64,000 nt of DNA from an uncultured cyanobacterium (GTDB taxonomy: Bacteria; Cyanobacteriota; Cyanobacteriia; Cyanobacteriales; CAWCAG01): positions 64,001-128,000 of the forward strand of contig CAWDOD010000003.1 of assembly GCA_963803805.1 (NCBI GenBank), read 5' to 3'. This document shows, one piece after another, positions 39,339 through 48,858 of the stretch. How positions within the stretch are numbered: position 1 is the stretch's first letter; every line of letters starts with the position of its first letter. Position numbers and translations under genes: made by a program. Under the pieces are notes generated by a model that had not been told where the DNA came from, made no database searches, and saw nothing but the letters and a program-made list of their open reading frames with translations.

Positions 39339-39544
39339 GAATCTTCTGGAGCCTCTCTTTACTAAATAATATTTAATTAAATTTTACTTTTAGTATACAA
39401 GATTTAGTATACAAAATTACACAATTCTGCTATCAGAGTAAAATAATGCCAACTTAATGATGCTATAACTGCATACTGTCCCAATCTTCTACTTATTCTG
39501 ATAGCCTGCTTTCTCATTTATAAATATAGACGCTACAATATATA

Positions 39545-39558
39545 AATACTTTTGTACT
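39545..39558 (+). promoter_or_regulatory. cyanobacterial LexA box upstream of recA, just after a TACAAT -10 element (39534-39539)
   Basis: AATAC-TTTT-GTACT versus consensus AGTAC-N4-GTACT (one mismatch). Confidence 0.7.
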
Positions 39559-39743
39559 AATAGACCCTTGTTTCTAAACCCCTCGACTGCTACCAATATT
39601 GGAGGAATGTTTACAATAAAAAAGGTTTTCCTAAATAACATAGCTTCGGTAAGGTTAAATACAAAGTAACTAGTTTCAGTAGCACAGCAACAGACGACTA
39701 GATTTAATAAAGAGAAATTAACTAAACACTTCTTGAGGCGCTA

Positions 39744-40877
39744 ATGGCTGCGACAACAATCACCAACAACCCCGATAAGGAAAAAGCACTCGGCTTAGTA
39801 TTACAGCAAATTGAGCGTAACTTTGGTAAAGGTTCAATTATGCGCTTAGGAGATGCTACCCGCATGAGGGTAGAAACAACTTCTACTGGTGCATTAACTT
39901 TGGATTTAGCCCTTGGGGGCGGTTTGCCGAAAGGAAGAGTTATTGAAATTTATGGACCAGAAAGTGCTGGTAAAACAACTTTAGCTCTCCATGCCTTAGC
40001 AGAGATACAAAAATCTGGTGGGGTAGCTGCTTTTGTTGATGCAGAACACGCCCTTGATCCTGTCTACTCTGCGGCTTTGGGAGTAGATATTGAAAATTTG
40101 TTGGTTTCTCAACCCGATACCGGAGAATCTGCTTTAGAAATTGTCGATCAGCTAGTACGTTCCTCCGCAGTAGATATTGTGGTTATAGACTCTGTAGCTG
40201 CTTTAGTTCCCCGCGCAGAAATTGAAGGAGAAATGGGAGATACTCAAGTAGGTTTGCAAGCTCGTTTGATGAGTAAGGCACTACGGAAAATTGCTGGTAA
40301 TATTGGTAAATCAGGCTGTACGGTTATTTTCCTCAACCAACTCCGACAAAAGATTGGTATTACTTACGGTAGTCCTGATGTTACTACAGGAGGCAATGCT
40401 CTTAAGTTTTATGCTTCTGTACGCTTAGATATTCGTCGCATACAAACCCTCAAAAGAGGCACTGAAGGGGAATATGGTATCCGGGCAAAAGTTAAGGTAG
40501 CTAAAAATAAGGTTGCTCCCCCTTTCCGTATTGCTGAATTTGATATTATTTTTGGTCAAGGTATTTCTAGTGTCGGCTGTCTTTTAGATTTAGCTGAACA
40601 AACTGATGTGGTGGTACGTAAAGGTGCTTGGTACAGTTATAAGGGAGAGAATATTGCTCAAGGGCGAGATAATGCCGTTAAGCACTTAGAAGATAATCCT
40701 GAAATTGCTTTGGAAGTTGAGCAACAGGTACGGGAAAAATTGGATATGGGGGCAGTTGTTTCTGCTAATTCCGTTAAACCTTTAGAAACCGAATCTAGTT
40801 CTGAGACAAATGGTTCTAGTTCTAGTAAAAGGGGCAGGAAGTCTAAGAAATCTGGTGATAGCGACTCTGAGGAGTAA
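39744..40877 (+). CDS. recA: recombinase RecA
   Basis: [49 protein letters not shown]. Confidence 0.99.
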   Translation: MAATTITNNPDKEKALGLVLQQIERNFGKGSIMRLGDATRMRVETTSTGALTLDLALGGGLPKGRVIEIYGPESAGKTTLALHALAEIQKSGGVAAFVDAEHALDPVYSAALGVDIENLLVSQPDTGESALEIVDQLVRSSAVDIVVIDSVAALVPRAEIEGEMGDTQVGLQARLMSKALRKIAGNIGKSGCTVIFLNQLRQKIGITYGSPDVTTGGNALKFYASVRLDIRRIQTLKRGTEGEYGIRAKVKVAKNKVAPPFRIAEFDIIFGQGISSVGCLLDLAEQTDVVVRKGAWYSYKGENIAQGRDNAVKHLEDNPEIALEVEQQVREKLDMGAVVSANSVKPLETESSSETNGSSSSKRGRKSKKSGDSDSEE

Positions 40878-40901
40878 TGGCTAGTTGCAATTGCAGTTGT
40901 C

Positions 40902-40942
40902 TTGGGGTGGTTTGGAAAAAAATAAAATCACCTCAAATTTTT
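40902..40942 (+). terminator. putative recA terminator
   Basis: TTGGGGTGGTTT..AAATCACCTCAA followed by ATTTTT. Confidence 0.5.
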
Positions 40943-41667
40943 ATACGTTTTTCTTCCTTGACATGATATTATGTAAATGGTGAAAAAGGTGCGTCCTTAA
41001 AAACAGTTTTTCAAAGTAATTTTGCTCTTCGATAATTCTTTGCTTTTAAATGAACCCTTCTTTGTCCTGGATAGGTTAGGGCGAGTTAAGGAATGCGACA
41101 TTGATTCATCAGTAGAATTGCCACCCCAATCATTTTCTCCAGTTATAGGTTTTCAGAATTTAAAGGTGTCCAAACTTGTTGCGCAGTTCCTTAGCTGAAA
41201 AAGTTGCATTTGTCAAAAAAACTTTTAAAATTGCCTTAAAATTTGTTCGTCCAGACAATTTTTAAAACTAAGATTTTGAGGAGCAATATTACTGCAATCA
41301 ACGCTTTATCTAGATTGTAGGGATAGAGATTTGAGTTTTGGACATAACAATGGCATTATGATTTTCTTGTTTTTCTATTAAACCACACAAATACGTCCTT
41401 TGGAGAAACTTTTAGGCCTTGACATTTTTTAAGTTGAAGTTGTGTAACTTCAAAAGATTTAATAGCCAGCTTAGTTTAGTTAAACTATTGCTTATGCTAT
41501 TTACTTAACAATCATTCTCCCTTCAGAATAATAAAAACCAGAGGATGAAAAAAGCGAACTATCGTGTAATAATAATCCGACTGAAGAACATCCCAGCTTA
41601 ATTGAGATAGTCTTCTTTACCAATGGATAATTGTCAATTATTACGTCACCTCCAGACCTAACCCTTC

Positions 41668-42699
41668 ATGGTTCAAACTGCTCCTTCCCCCAACGAAATT
41701 GTTGAAGCCTTAGAAACTCCTGTAGACTTTAGCTTCGACCTTCCCGATCCAGAAGATGAAGAAATTGAAGAATTTGATTTTCAACAGCAATTAGATGTGG
41801 CTTGGAAGGTTTGCGAACGCTTTGATTTGCAAACGGATATTTGGCGAGGGAGAATTTTACGCTCTATACGCGATCGCGAGAAAAAAGGCGGCGAAGGGAG
41901 AGGGGAAGGTTTTATTAATTGGTTGAAGCAGCGAGAGTTTACCAAAAGTCAGGCTTACTCTTTGATTCAACTAGCTAATAGTGCCGATACCCTTTTAGAA
42001 GAAGGACAACTTGATCCTGAAGCAATTAATAATTTCAGTAAGCGGGCTTTTGTGGAAACAGCAAAATCTGCTCCGGAAGTACAGAAGTTAGTTAGCGAAG
42101 CCGCACAACAAGGGGAACATATTACCCGCCGGGAAGTTAAGCAACTTTCAGATCAATGGACGGCGATGAGTTCGGATTTGCTGCCGGAGGAAGCAAAAGA
42201 AAAAGCTGCCGAAGGTTCTCTTCCTCCTCGTCACCTTGCCCCTTTGGTTAAGGAGATGGAAAAGTTACCGGATTTGCACCTCAAAGAAATTCAAAGAGAG
42301 ATTGCGGCTAGTCCAGAGGTTGACACAGTAAAAACTTTAACCACCGATGCCCGGAATTTAGCTAAATACCTTGATGCGGCAGCCCAGGTGCAAACTTTAA
42401 ATAGAGCTTCTGTTGACTTAGAATTAGCTTTAGAAGAAGCATTGCGTTTAGATTGCTTAAATACAGCAGCAGACTTGGTTAAACAAGCTACCAACCTTGA
42501 ACAAACAGTTGCTAAGTTATTCACCACCTGGAAACGTTTAGGCAACCTTGCAGATCGTTTATATGTAGATACAGGAGCGAGTAATCCTCACCTGCGATCG
42601 CTCCTTACTTGTTTAGAAACCTTAACTAATGAAGTGATTGAGGTGCATTTAGATGATGCGGGGGATAATATAGTTCGGTTACGGGTTATGGATGAGTAG
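41668..42699 (+). CDS. conserved cyanobacterial hypothetical protein (helical, acidic), 343 aa
   Basis: long ORF with two HIP1 sites; FDLQTDIWRGRILR..RDREK..G.GF..WL segment. Confidence 0.85.
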   Translation: MVQTAPSPNEIVEALETPVDFSFDLPDPEDEEIEEFDFQQQLDVAWKVCERFDLQTDIWRGRILRSIRDREKKGGEGRGEGFINWLKQREFTKSQAYSLIQLANSADTLLEEGQLDPEAINNFSKRAFVETAKSAPEVQKLVSEAAQQGEHITRREVKQLSDQWTAMSSDLLPEEAKEKAAEGSLPPRHLAPLVKEMEKLPDLHLKEIQREIAASPEVDTVKTLTTDARNLAKYLDAAAQVQTLNRASVDLELALEEALRLDCLNTAADLVKQATNLEQTVAKLFTTWKRLGNLADRLYVDTGASNPHLRSLLTCLETLTNEVIEVHLDDAGDNIVRLRVMDE

Positions 42700-42718
42700 G
42701 GGTAAAAGTAATAAGTAA

Positions 42719-44014
42719 GAGAGAGCCACAAAAAGAATGATCCAGTTTAAATTAGGAGAATTGTGAGAGTAAAAAAAGTGGATGAAGAAACTAAGCGAAA
42801 GTATAAAAGTTCTTTATATAAAAACAGCCAAACAACTCAAAGGTAGTGCCAGACGGCAGTTTATGGCAGCAGTAGTGAAAGAATTAGGTGTAGGGGGACA
42901 AAGTTTAGCAGAAAGAGAATTGAAGTGGAATCGACGAACAATCCGTAAAGGAATAAAGGAATTAACTAGTGGGGAAGAAATCAAGGATGGTTATGAACGT
43001 AGTGGACGTAAGCGAGTAGAAAAGAAACTGCCGCAATTGGGAGAAGATATACGAGGCTTGGTAGACTCACAAACACAAACAGACCCAAGTTTCCAGAGTA
43101 CTCGCTTATACACTAGGATGAGTGCAGCACAGGTACGTCGTCAGTTAATCAAACACAAAGGCTATACCGAAGAAGAATTACCGAGTGTGGAGACGATACG
43201 CCGTCGCTTAAACGAAATGGGGTATAGCTTAAAACGAGTACAGAAAGCAAAACCCAAAAAGCGGATACCAGAAACCGAAGAGATTTTTAAGCATCTCAAC
43301 CAAGTCAATCAACAAGCAGATGCAGACCCTAAGACCCTACGCATTTCTATGGATGCCAAAGCAGTAATCAAGATTGGGGAATTTGATCGCGGAGGTAAAA
43401 CCAGAGTTGGGACAATAGCTCTAGACCATGACTTTACTCCCACTACAACCATAACTCCCTACGGTATTTTTCTGCCTCAATACCAGGAGTTGTACTTGTT
43501 CTTTGTCAGCTCCAAACTGACGGCAGATTGTATTGTGGATTTGCTGGAGTTGTGGTGGTCAACGGTTAAAGACCGCTTTCGAGATATCGATAAATTGGTA
43601 CTAAACCAGGACAATGGCCCAGAAAATCATTCCCGTCGTACTCAGTTTCTCCATCGAATTGTGGGGTTTGCTTGTCACTCTCAACTCCACATTAGCTTGG
43701 CTTACTATCCTCCCTATCACAGCAAATATAATCCCGTCGAGCGTACCTTTGGCTGGTTAGAACAACATTGGAATGGTAGCTTACTTGACAGTGTTGAAAC
43801 GGTGCTACGCTTTGCTGAAAACTTGACTTTTCGAGGTCAGCAACCTGTCGTTCGGCTCGTGGAGAAAGTTTATCACACTGGAGTTAAATTAACTCAGAGG
43901 GCTATGGCCAAGTTAGAGAAACAAGTTCAGAGATTTTCCCTTTTGCCCAAGTGGTTTGTCGATATCATCGGTAAACCTACTTGATTATTGGATCATCTTT
44001 TTTGTTGTCTTCTC
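42719..44014 (+). mobile_element. complete ISAzo13-family insertion sequence (1296 bp)
   Basis: 26-bp imperfect TIRs (20/26): GAGAGAGCCACAAAAAGAATGATCCA and the reverse complement GAGAAGACAACAAAAAAGATGATCCA; 3-bp TAA duplication at 42716-42718 and 44015-44017. Confidence 0.9.
42782..43984 (+). CDS. ISAzo13-family DDE transposase
   Basis: ISMDAKA, ALDHD, NQDNGPENHSRRTQF, YYPPYHSKYNPVER. Confidence 0.95.
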   Translation: MKKLSESIKVLYIKTAKQLKGSARRQFMAAVVKELGVGGQSLAERELKWNRRTIRKGIKELTSGEEIKDGYERSGRKRVEKKLPQLGEDIRGLVDSQTQTDPSFQSTRLYTRMSAAQVRRQLIKHKGYTEEELPSVETIRRRLNEMGYSLKRVQKAKPKKRIPETEEIFKHLNQVNQQADADPKTLRISMDAKAVIKIGEFDRGGKTRVGTIALDHDFTPTTTITPYGIFLPQYQELYLFFVSSKLTADCIVDLLELWWSTVKDRFRDIDKLVLNQDNGPENHSRRTQFLHRIVGFACHSQLHISLAYYPPYHSKYNPVERTFGWLEQHWNGSLLDSVETVLRFAENLTFRGQQPVVRLVEKVYHTGVKLTQRAMAKLEKQVQRFSLLPKWFVDIIGKPT

Positions 44015-44214
44015 TAATAAGTTTCTTCAGGACATACATAGCCATGATTAAACTGCGAGGGTAGGTAATAGGTAAGAGAGATTTTTCAATCTGCTTAAGT
44101 AACGCAATCTCCGTAAGTAAGATAGTTATTTTTGCCCACCCTACCAGACGGCGATCGCTCTTATCAACGTCTTAGAAATGTCTGGTTTGTTATCTGAGTA
44201 ATAGTATTGCTAGC

Positions 44215-44832
44215 TTAAACTTCCCAAACTTGAGGCAAATTCAAAACAAAACCTAGTAATATTTCCTCACCAGATAACTCAACGGGATTCTCTAATACTT
44301 CTACTTCTTTTCCGGGACGATAAATTTCTACTTGTCGTCGCTGAGGATTAAGTAACCAACCTAACTTTGCACCGTTGTCAAGGTACTCTTGCATCTTCTC
44401 TTGTAGGGATTTGAGAGTATCTGAATTAGAACGTAATTCTACAACAAAATCAGGGCATATATTAGGAAAAGTACCTTTTTGTTCTACAGTGAGAGCATCC
44501 CAACGTTCCCGACTAATCCAACAAGCATCAGGGCTACGAATTGCCCCATTCGGTAAGGTGAAACCTGTAGAAGAATCAAAAGCTTCACCTCGTTCTTTTT
44601 TTCCTCTGTGCCAAAGATAAATTTGTCCGTTAAGGCTGTAATTGCTTCTTCCTGTTTCCCAACCTGTTGGCGGATTCACAATTAATTCTCCTTGTACAGT
44701 TCTTTCCATTCTTACATCTCGGTTGACTACGGCTAGGGCAGCAAATTGCTCTTGGGTGACGTGGAGTGAGATCGCCCTGGGCAGTTCAATTGATAGGGTT
44801 TCTGTTTCAGGTTTGGCGGATATCTGTACCAT
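44215..44832 (-). CDS. Uma2 (DUF820) family protein, tandem copy A
   Basis: ERT..GELIV.PPTG, FDSSTGFTLPNGAIRSPD, CPDFVVELRS. Confidence 0.93.
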   Translation of the reverse strand: MVQISAKPETETLSIELPRAISLHVTQEQFAALAVVNRDVRMERTVQGELIVNPPTGWETGRSNYSLNGQIYLWHRGKKERGEAFDSSTGFTLPNGAIRSPDACWISRERWDALTVEQKGTFPNICPDFVVELRSNSDTLKSLQEKMQEYLDNGAKLGWLLNPQRRQVEIYRPGKEVEVLENPVELSGEEILLGFVLNLPQVWEV

Positions 44833-45615
44833 CTTTATTTTTTGCTATCACATTCTACAGTTATAGCGATATCTACGAGGCGCTAGTAGGTATCACATAT
44901 TGCATCACCAAGATTGAAGACAATTAGTAGAGTTTTGACAGCCAAAAGTAACTTATTTAACCCCAAATTCGAGGCAAATTCAAAACAAAACCTGATAATA
45001 CTTCCTCACCAGATAACTCAACGGGATTCTCTAATACTTCTACTTCTTTTCCGGGACGATAAATTTCTACTTGTCGTCGCTGAGGATTAAGTAACCAACC
45101 TAACTTTGCACCGTTGTCAAGGTACTCTTGCATCTTCTCTTGTAGGGATTTGAGAGTATCTGAATTAGAACGTAATTCTACAACAAAATCAGGGCATATA
45201 TTAGGAAAAGTACCTTTTTGTTCTACAGTGAGAGCATCCCAACGTTCCCGACTAATCCAACAAGCATCAGGGCTGCGAATTGCCCCATTCGGTAAGGTGA
45301 AACCTGTAGAAGAATCAAAAGCTTTACCCAATTCTTTATTTGCTTCGTGCCAATAATCGAGTTGCCCGGTGAGGCTACGATTGCGTTCTCCACTTTGCCA
45401 ACCTGTTGGCGGATTCACGATTAATTCTCCATGTACAGTTCTTTCCATTCTTACATCTCGGTTGACTACGGCTAGGGCAGCAAATTGCTCTTGGGTGACG
45501 TGAAGTGTAATCGCCCTGGGCAGTTTAATTGATAGGGTTTCCGTTTCGGGTTTAGTTGATGTCTGTACCATCTTGACTCTTTACTATCACATTTTACAGT
45601 TATAGCGATATCTAC
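44232..45615. repeat. direct duplication with 739-bp period (44232-44876 vs 44971-45615) covering the gene plus 44 bp upstream
   Basis: one mismatch seen over about 320 bp (44263-44585); shared upstream CTATCACATT(C/T)TACAGTTATAGCGATATCTAC. Confidence 0.92.
44957..45571 (-). CDS. Uma2 (DUF820) family protein, tandem copy B
   Basis: same motifs as copy A; offset exactly 739 bp. Confidence 0.93.
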   Translation of the reverse strand: MVQTSTKPETETLSIKLPRAITLHVTQEQFAALAVVNRDVRMERTVHGELIVNPPTGWQSGERNRSLTGQLDYWHEANKELGKAFDSSTGFTLPNGAIRSPDACWISRERWDALTVEQKGTFPNICPDFVVELRSNSDTLKSLQEKMQEYLDNGAKLGWLLNPQRRQVEIYRPGKEVEVLENPVELSGEEVLSGFVLNLPRIWG

Positions 45616-45640
45616 AACTAAAATACAGAATCTAGTTTAA

Positions 45641-45674
45641 AAGAAAAAACCCGCGACCATGAAATCGCGAGTTT
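45641..45674 (-). terminator. psaFJ terminator
   Basis: AAGAAAAAACCCGCGA-CCATGAAA-TCGCGAGTTT on +, giving a hairpin plus U-tract on -. Confidence 0.65.
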
Positions 45675-45723
45675 CTTGTTACTCTTCAACCTAATTAAAG
45701 CAATTTTAGTTCTTTAACTTACT

Positions 45724-45852
45724 TTAATTAAGTGGGTGGAAAAGTAAGTCAGGGAAAAAGCGATTAAACTCGATTAAAATACCAGCAGTAAATGTCAACA
45801 AAGCCATAATTAATACTGGCGCGGTGGAAAGAAACTTTTGCAAATCTTTCAT
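45724..45852 (-). CDS. psaJ: photosystem I subunit IX (42 aa; absent from the ORF track)
   Basis: [42 protein letters not shown], directly downstream of psaF. Confidence 0.97.
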   Translation of the reverse strand: MKDLQKFLSTAPVLIMALLTFTAGILIEFNRFFPDLLFHPLN

Positions 45853-45888
45853 GATTTATTCTCCAAAATAATGAACAGCAAGCTTAAA

Positions 45889-46389
45889 TTAACGGGGAGA
45901 AACAGGAATTTCTGTTTCTTTAGCAGTTAATTCTCCGGAAGTAAGTTGCTTAAGGGCAGCTAAAGGCCAAGCGAAGCCACTTAGCATATATTTAAGTGCT
46001 AAAGGAACATCGATAATGATTTCTTTCATGGCTGCATTTTTGCCGCCTCTGATATCAATTAGATAAGCACGACCAACCCAACCAATCCAACCAGCGATAT
46101 AAAGAAAGAGGATGCTAGGAATGAGGAAATCACCAGCACGGCTTAAGCGACCATCTACAATTAAATGGGGTAGACCTTCTGGACCACAAAGGGCTTGAGA
46201 ATAACGCTCCGCTCTTTGTTTGCCAGAATTGGGGTCGTCGGTGGTGTTACGAAAATTTTTTGCTCTTGCTTGAAAAGCAGGAGACTCACTACAAGGTACT
46301 AAACGCGATAGATTATCCTGAGCCATAGCTTTAGGAGCAAAGCCAAAGCAAAGGGTGATAATTAGAGCTAATGCCAATAACTTACGCAT
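45889..46389 (-). CDS. psaF: photosystem I subunit III
   Basis: [41 protein letters not shown]. Confidence 0.98.
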   Translation of the reverse strand: MRKLLALALIITLCFGFAPKAMAQDNLSRLVPCSESPAFQARAKNFRNTTDDPNSGKQRAERYSQALCGPEGLPHLIVDGRLSRAGDFLIPSILFLYIAGWIGWVGRAYLIDIRGGKNAAMKEIIIDVPLALKYMLSGFAWPLAALKQLTSGELTAKETEIPVSPR

Positions 46390-46541
46390 AGATAATTTGT
46401 TTCCTTACATTACGAAACAATAAGTTTTTTGTACAAAGGATTAAAAGATTATTTGTACAACGAAGTGATCTTACTCTGACACGTTGACACAGTAAAGATT
46501 AAGTTACTAAAAGTAGAATTTAAAATTACATTTATCAACAA

Positions 46542-47588
46542 ATGGTAAAAGTTTTAGCTATAGAAACAAGTTGTGATGAAACAGCCGTTGCAATTGTTAA
46601 CAATCGTAAAGTTCTCAGCAATATAGTCGCTTCACAAATTCCTCTTCATCGTCTTTATGGTGGTGTGGTTCCAGAGGTTGCCTCTAGGCAACATTTAGAA
46701 ACTATTAATAGTTGCTTGGAACAAGCTTTAGAAGAGGCAAAAATAGATTGGTCTGCTATTGATGGTGTGGCGGCTACTTGCTGCCCTGGTTTAGTGGGGG
46801 CTTTGTTGGTGGGATTGACTACAGCAAAAACCTTGGCTGCTGTACACCAAAAACCTTTTTTAGGCATTCATCACCTGGAAGGACATATTTATGCCACTTA
46901 CCTTTGTGAATCCCAACTGCAACCCCCTTTCTTATGCTTGTTGGTTTCTGGGGGGCATACTAGTTTAATTAAGGTTCAAGATTGTGGTCAATATGAAACT
47001 TTGGGAAGTACTCGCGATGATGCCGTGGGAGAAGCTTTTGATAAGGTAGCCCGCTTGCTTAAATTGGGTTATCCTGGTGGCCCAATTATGGACAAATTGG
47101 CACAAACTGGGAATCCTCAAGCTTTCTATCTACCGGAAGGAAGGATATCTTTACCAGAAGGTGGCTATCACCCCTATGATTCTAGTTTCAGTGGTTTAAA
47201 GACGGCGATGCTGCGACTCGTGCAAAAATTAGAGCAAGGAATAGATTCAGCTTTGCCAGTTGAGGATCTAGCTGCTAGCTTTCAAGAAACTGTGGCGCGA
47301 TCGCTGGTGAAAAGAACGATTAAATGTGCTTTAGATTATGGACTCGACACTATTACTGTTGGTGGGGGGGTTGCTGCTAATAGCGGTTTGAGGAAACATT
47401 TACTAGCAGCAGCCGAAACCCAGCAACTCAAGGTTTATTTCCCTCCTTTGAAGTTGTGTACAGATAATGCTGCCATGATTGGCTGTGCAGCCGCTGAACA
47501 TCTCAACAGAGGTCATAGTTCAAGTTTGGCTTTAGGAGTACAATCTCGCCTATCTTTAAGTGAGGTGATGACACTTTATCAAACATGA
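46542..47588 (+). CDS. tsaD: tRNA t6A threonylcarbamoyltransferase
   Basis: IETSCDET, GGVVPEVASR, HHLEGH, VSGGHT, CTDNAAMI. Confidence 0.97.
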   Translation: MVKVLAIETSCDETAVAIVNNRKVLSNIVASQIPLHRLYGGVVPEVASRQHLETINSCLEQALEEAKIDWSAIDGVAATCCPGLVGALLVGLTTAKTLAAVHQKPFLGIHHLEGHIYATYLCESQLQPPFLCLLVSGGHTSLIKVQDCGQYETLGSTRDDAVGEAFDKVARLLKLGYPGGPIMDKLAQTGNPQAFYLPEGRISLPEGGYHPYDSSFSGLKTAMLRLVQKLEQGIDSALPVEDLAASFQETVARSLVKRTIKCALDYGLDTITVGGGVAANSGLRKHLLAAAETQQLKVYFPPLKLCTDNAAMIGCAAAEHLNRGHSSSLALGVQSRLSLSEVMTLYQT

Positions 47589-47598
47589 CTTACAATTT

Positions 47599-48066
47599 TC
47601 AATTTTCAATTTTCAATTGACGCTGCTCTCTCTTCTTCTTTTTACGAACTTGAGGAGATTTGGTTAAGATAGCAATCATACCGTTATATCCTGTGGGCAA
47701 AGTTGTGTTGTTCAGTAAGTCCGTAACATCAACCTTAAGCACTTCCTCAATCAAAGCTTTGAGTTGAATTTTTAGAATACCGTCTATTCCTGAGCGTACT
47801 TGCAAAGCTAATTCTTCTCGTCCTTCTGTTACTAAAAGTTTTTCTACTGGGGTAATAGCATCTTCAGCAATAATTGCTAACTTATCACTCAAAAGATGAC
47901 AGATAACTTTACTAGGTTGATGTCCCAACAAATTGCGATATAAAGCCTGAGTACGCTGGGAAAGAAGTCTTTCTAGCTGTCCAATAGTAGGAGCGAGAGA
48001 ATCCGATAACTGATCAGCTAAACAATTATTTGTGAGATTAATAGTGGAAGTCATACCCTTACTCAA
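47599..48066 (-). CDS. DUF2294 (MpsC-like) protein; start could be the ATG at 48054
   Basis: PTIGQLER.LSQR.QALY...LGHQPSKV.C, ITPVEKLL. Confidence 0.85.
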   Translation of the reverse strand: MSKGMTSTINLTNNCLADQLSDSLAPTIGQLERLLSQRTQALYRNLLGHQPSKVICHLLSDKLAIIAEDAITPVEKLLVTEGREELALQVRSGIDGILKIQLKALIEEVLKVDVTDLLNNTTLPTGYNGMIAILTKSPQVRKKKKREQRQLKIEN

Positions 48067-48303
48067 AATAAGCTTTTTGAACAGATTGAACAGGCGTTAT
48101 TGACAGAATGTTAAGTCATCCTGAAATTTAACTGATTTCATGATATAAAAAAAAATTGAGCAGGGGAGCATTGAAAATAGTTCGGGTTTCCTAATCAAAA
48201 TCAGGGGGAAACAAGACTTGACTTTTAATTGCCGTTTACGGTTCAATCTTGTTCAAGCTGCTCAAATTTGCAGGAGCAAGGAAAAATGCTGGTTAATTTT
48301 GGT

Positions 48304-48858
48304 TTAATTAACAATTGTCAATTTTTCCTCTGTACACACAGCATCTAACTTGCAATCCCAAGGTTCAACTGGTAGGCAAGATACATAAGCAAAATCAAAA
48401 ATAATTCCTACAATAGGTTTCGATTGCCATTCAACTTGGCTAAACATTCGGTCATAGAAACCACCACCATAACCTAAACGGTAGCCTCGCCTGTCGCAAG
48501 CAACTCCAGGAACTAAAACCAAGTCTGCTTCTCCCGGCAGGATCACAGGTGAATCCGGCTCAGGTTCTCGAATTTCATAAATTCCTTTTACCAACTTTTC
48601 TTGAGGCTTCCAGAGATGCCAGGAAAGAGATTTAGCGACGCATCGAGGAAAGCCCCATCTTTGTTTAGAGTTGAACAGAGGACTCAAATCTGGTTCTTGA
48701 CGAAAGCTAAAATAAGCCAGAATAGTTCTTGCTTGCTTAAATTGAGGCCAAGCTTGGAGATGAACACATAAACTATCACTCTTTTTTCGCCAAACCTCTT
48801 GGGACAGCGATCGCCTCTTAGCAATTAATTCCTTTCTTAGGGCTACTTTTTCTCTCAT
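48304..48858 (-). CDS. 5-formyltetrahydrofolate cyclo-ligase
   Basis: K..LRK, EPDL, I.EP, DLVLVPGVA.D..GYRLGYGGGFYDR. Confidence 0.95.
   Translation of the reverse strand: MREKVALRKELIAKRRSLSQEVWRKKSDSLCVHLQAWPQFKQARTILAYFSFRQEPDLSPLFNSKQRWGFPRCVAKSLSWHLWKPQEKLVKGIYEIREPEPDSPVILPGEADLVLVPGVACDRRGYRLGYGGGFYDRMFSQVEWQSKPIVGIIFDFAYVSCLPVEPWDCKLDAVCTEEKLTIVN

Noticed and set aside
39607-39669. 20-aa upstream ORF in the recA leader preceded by GGAGGA
   Set aside because: The SD-like sequence abuts the ATG with no spacer, so initiation is unlikely
44584-45397. Diversity-generating retroelement (TR/VR pair) as the cause of the Uma2 variable block
   Set aside because: Differences include G/C, C/T and T/G changes, not only adenine positions; both copies are full genes; no reverse transcriptase in the window
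48067-48303. 6S RNA next to the 5-formyl-THF cyclo-ligase gene
   Set aside because: The region is downstream of the gene rather than upstream, is AT-rich, and shows no 6S-like rod or conserved motifs that I could recognise
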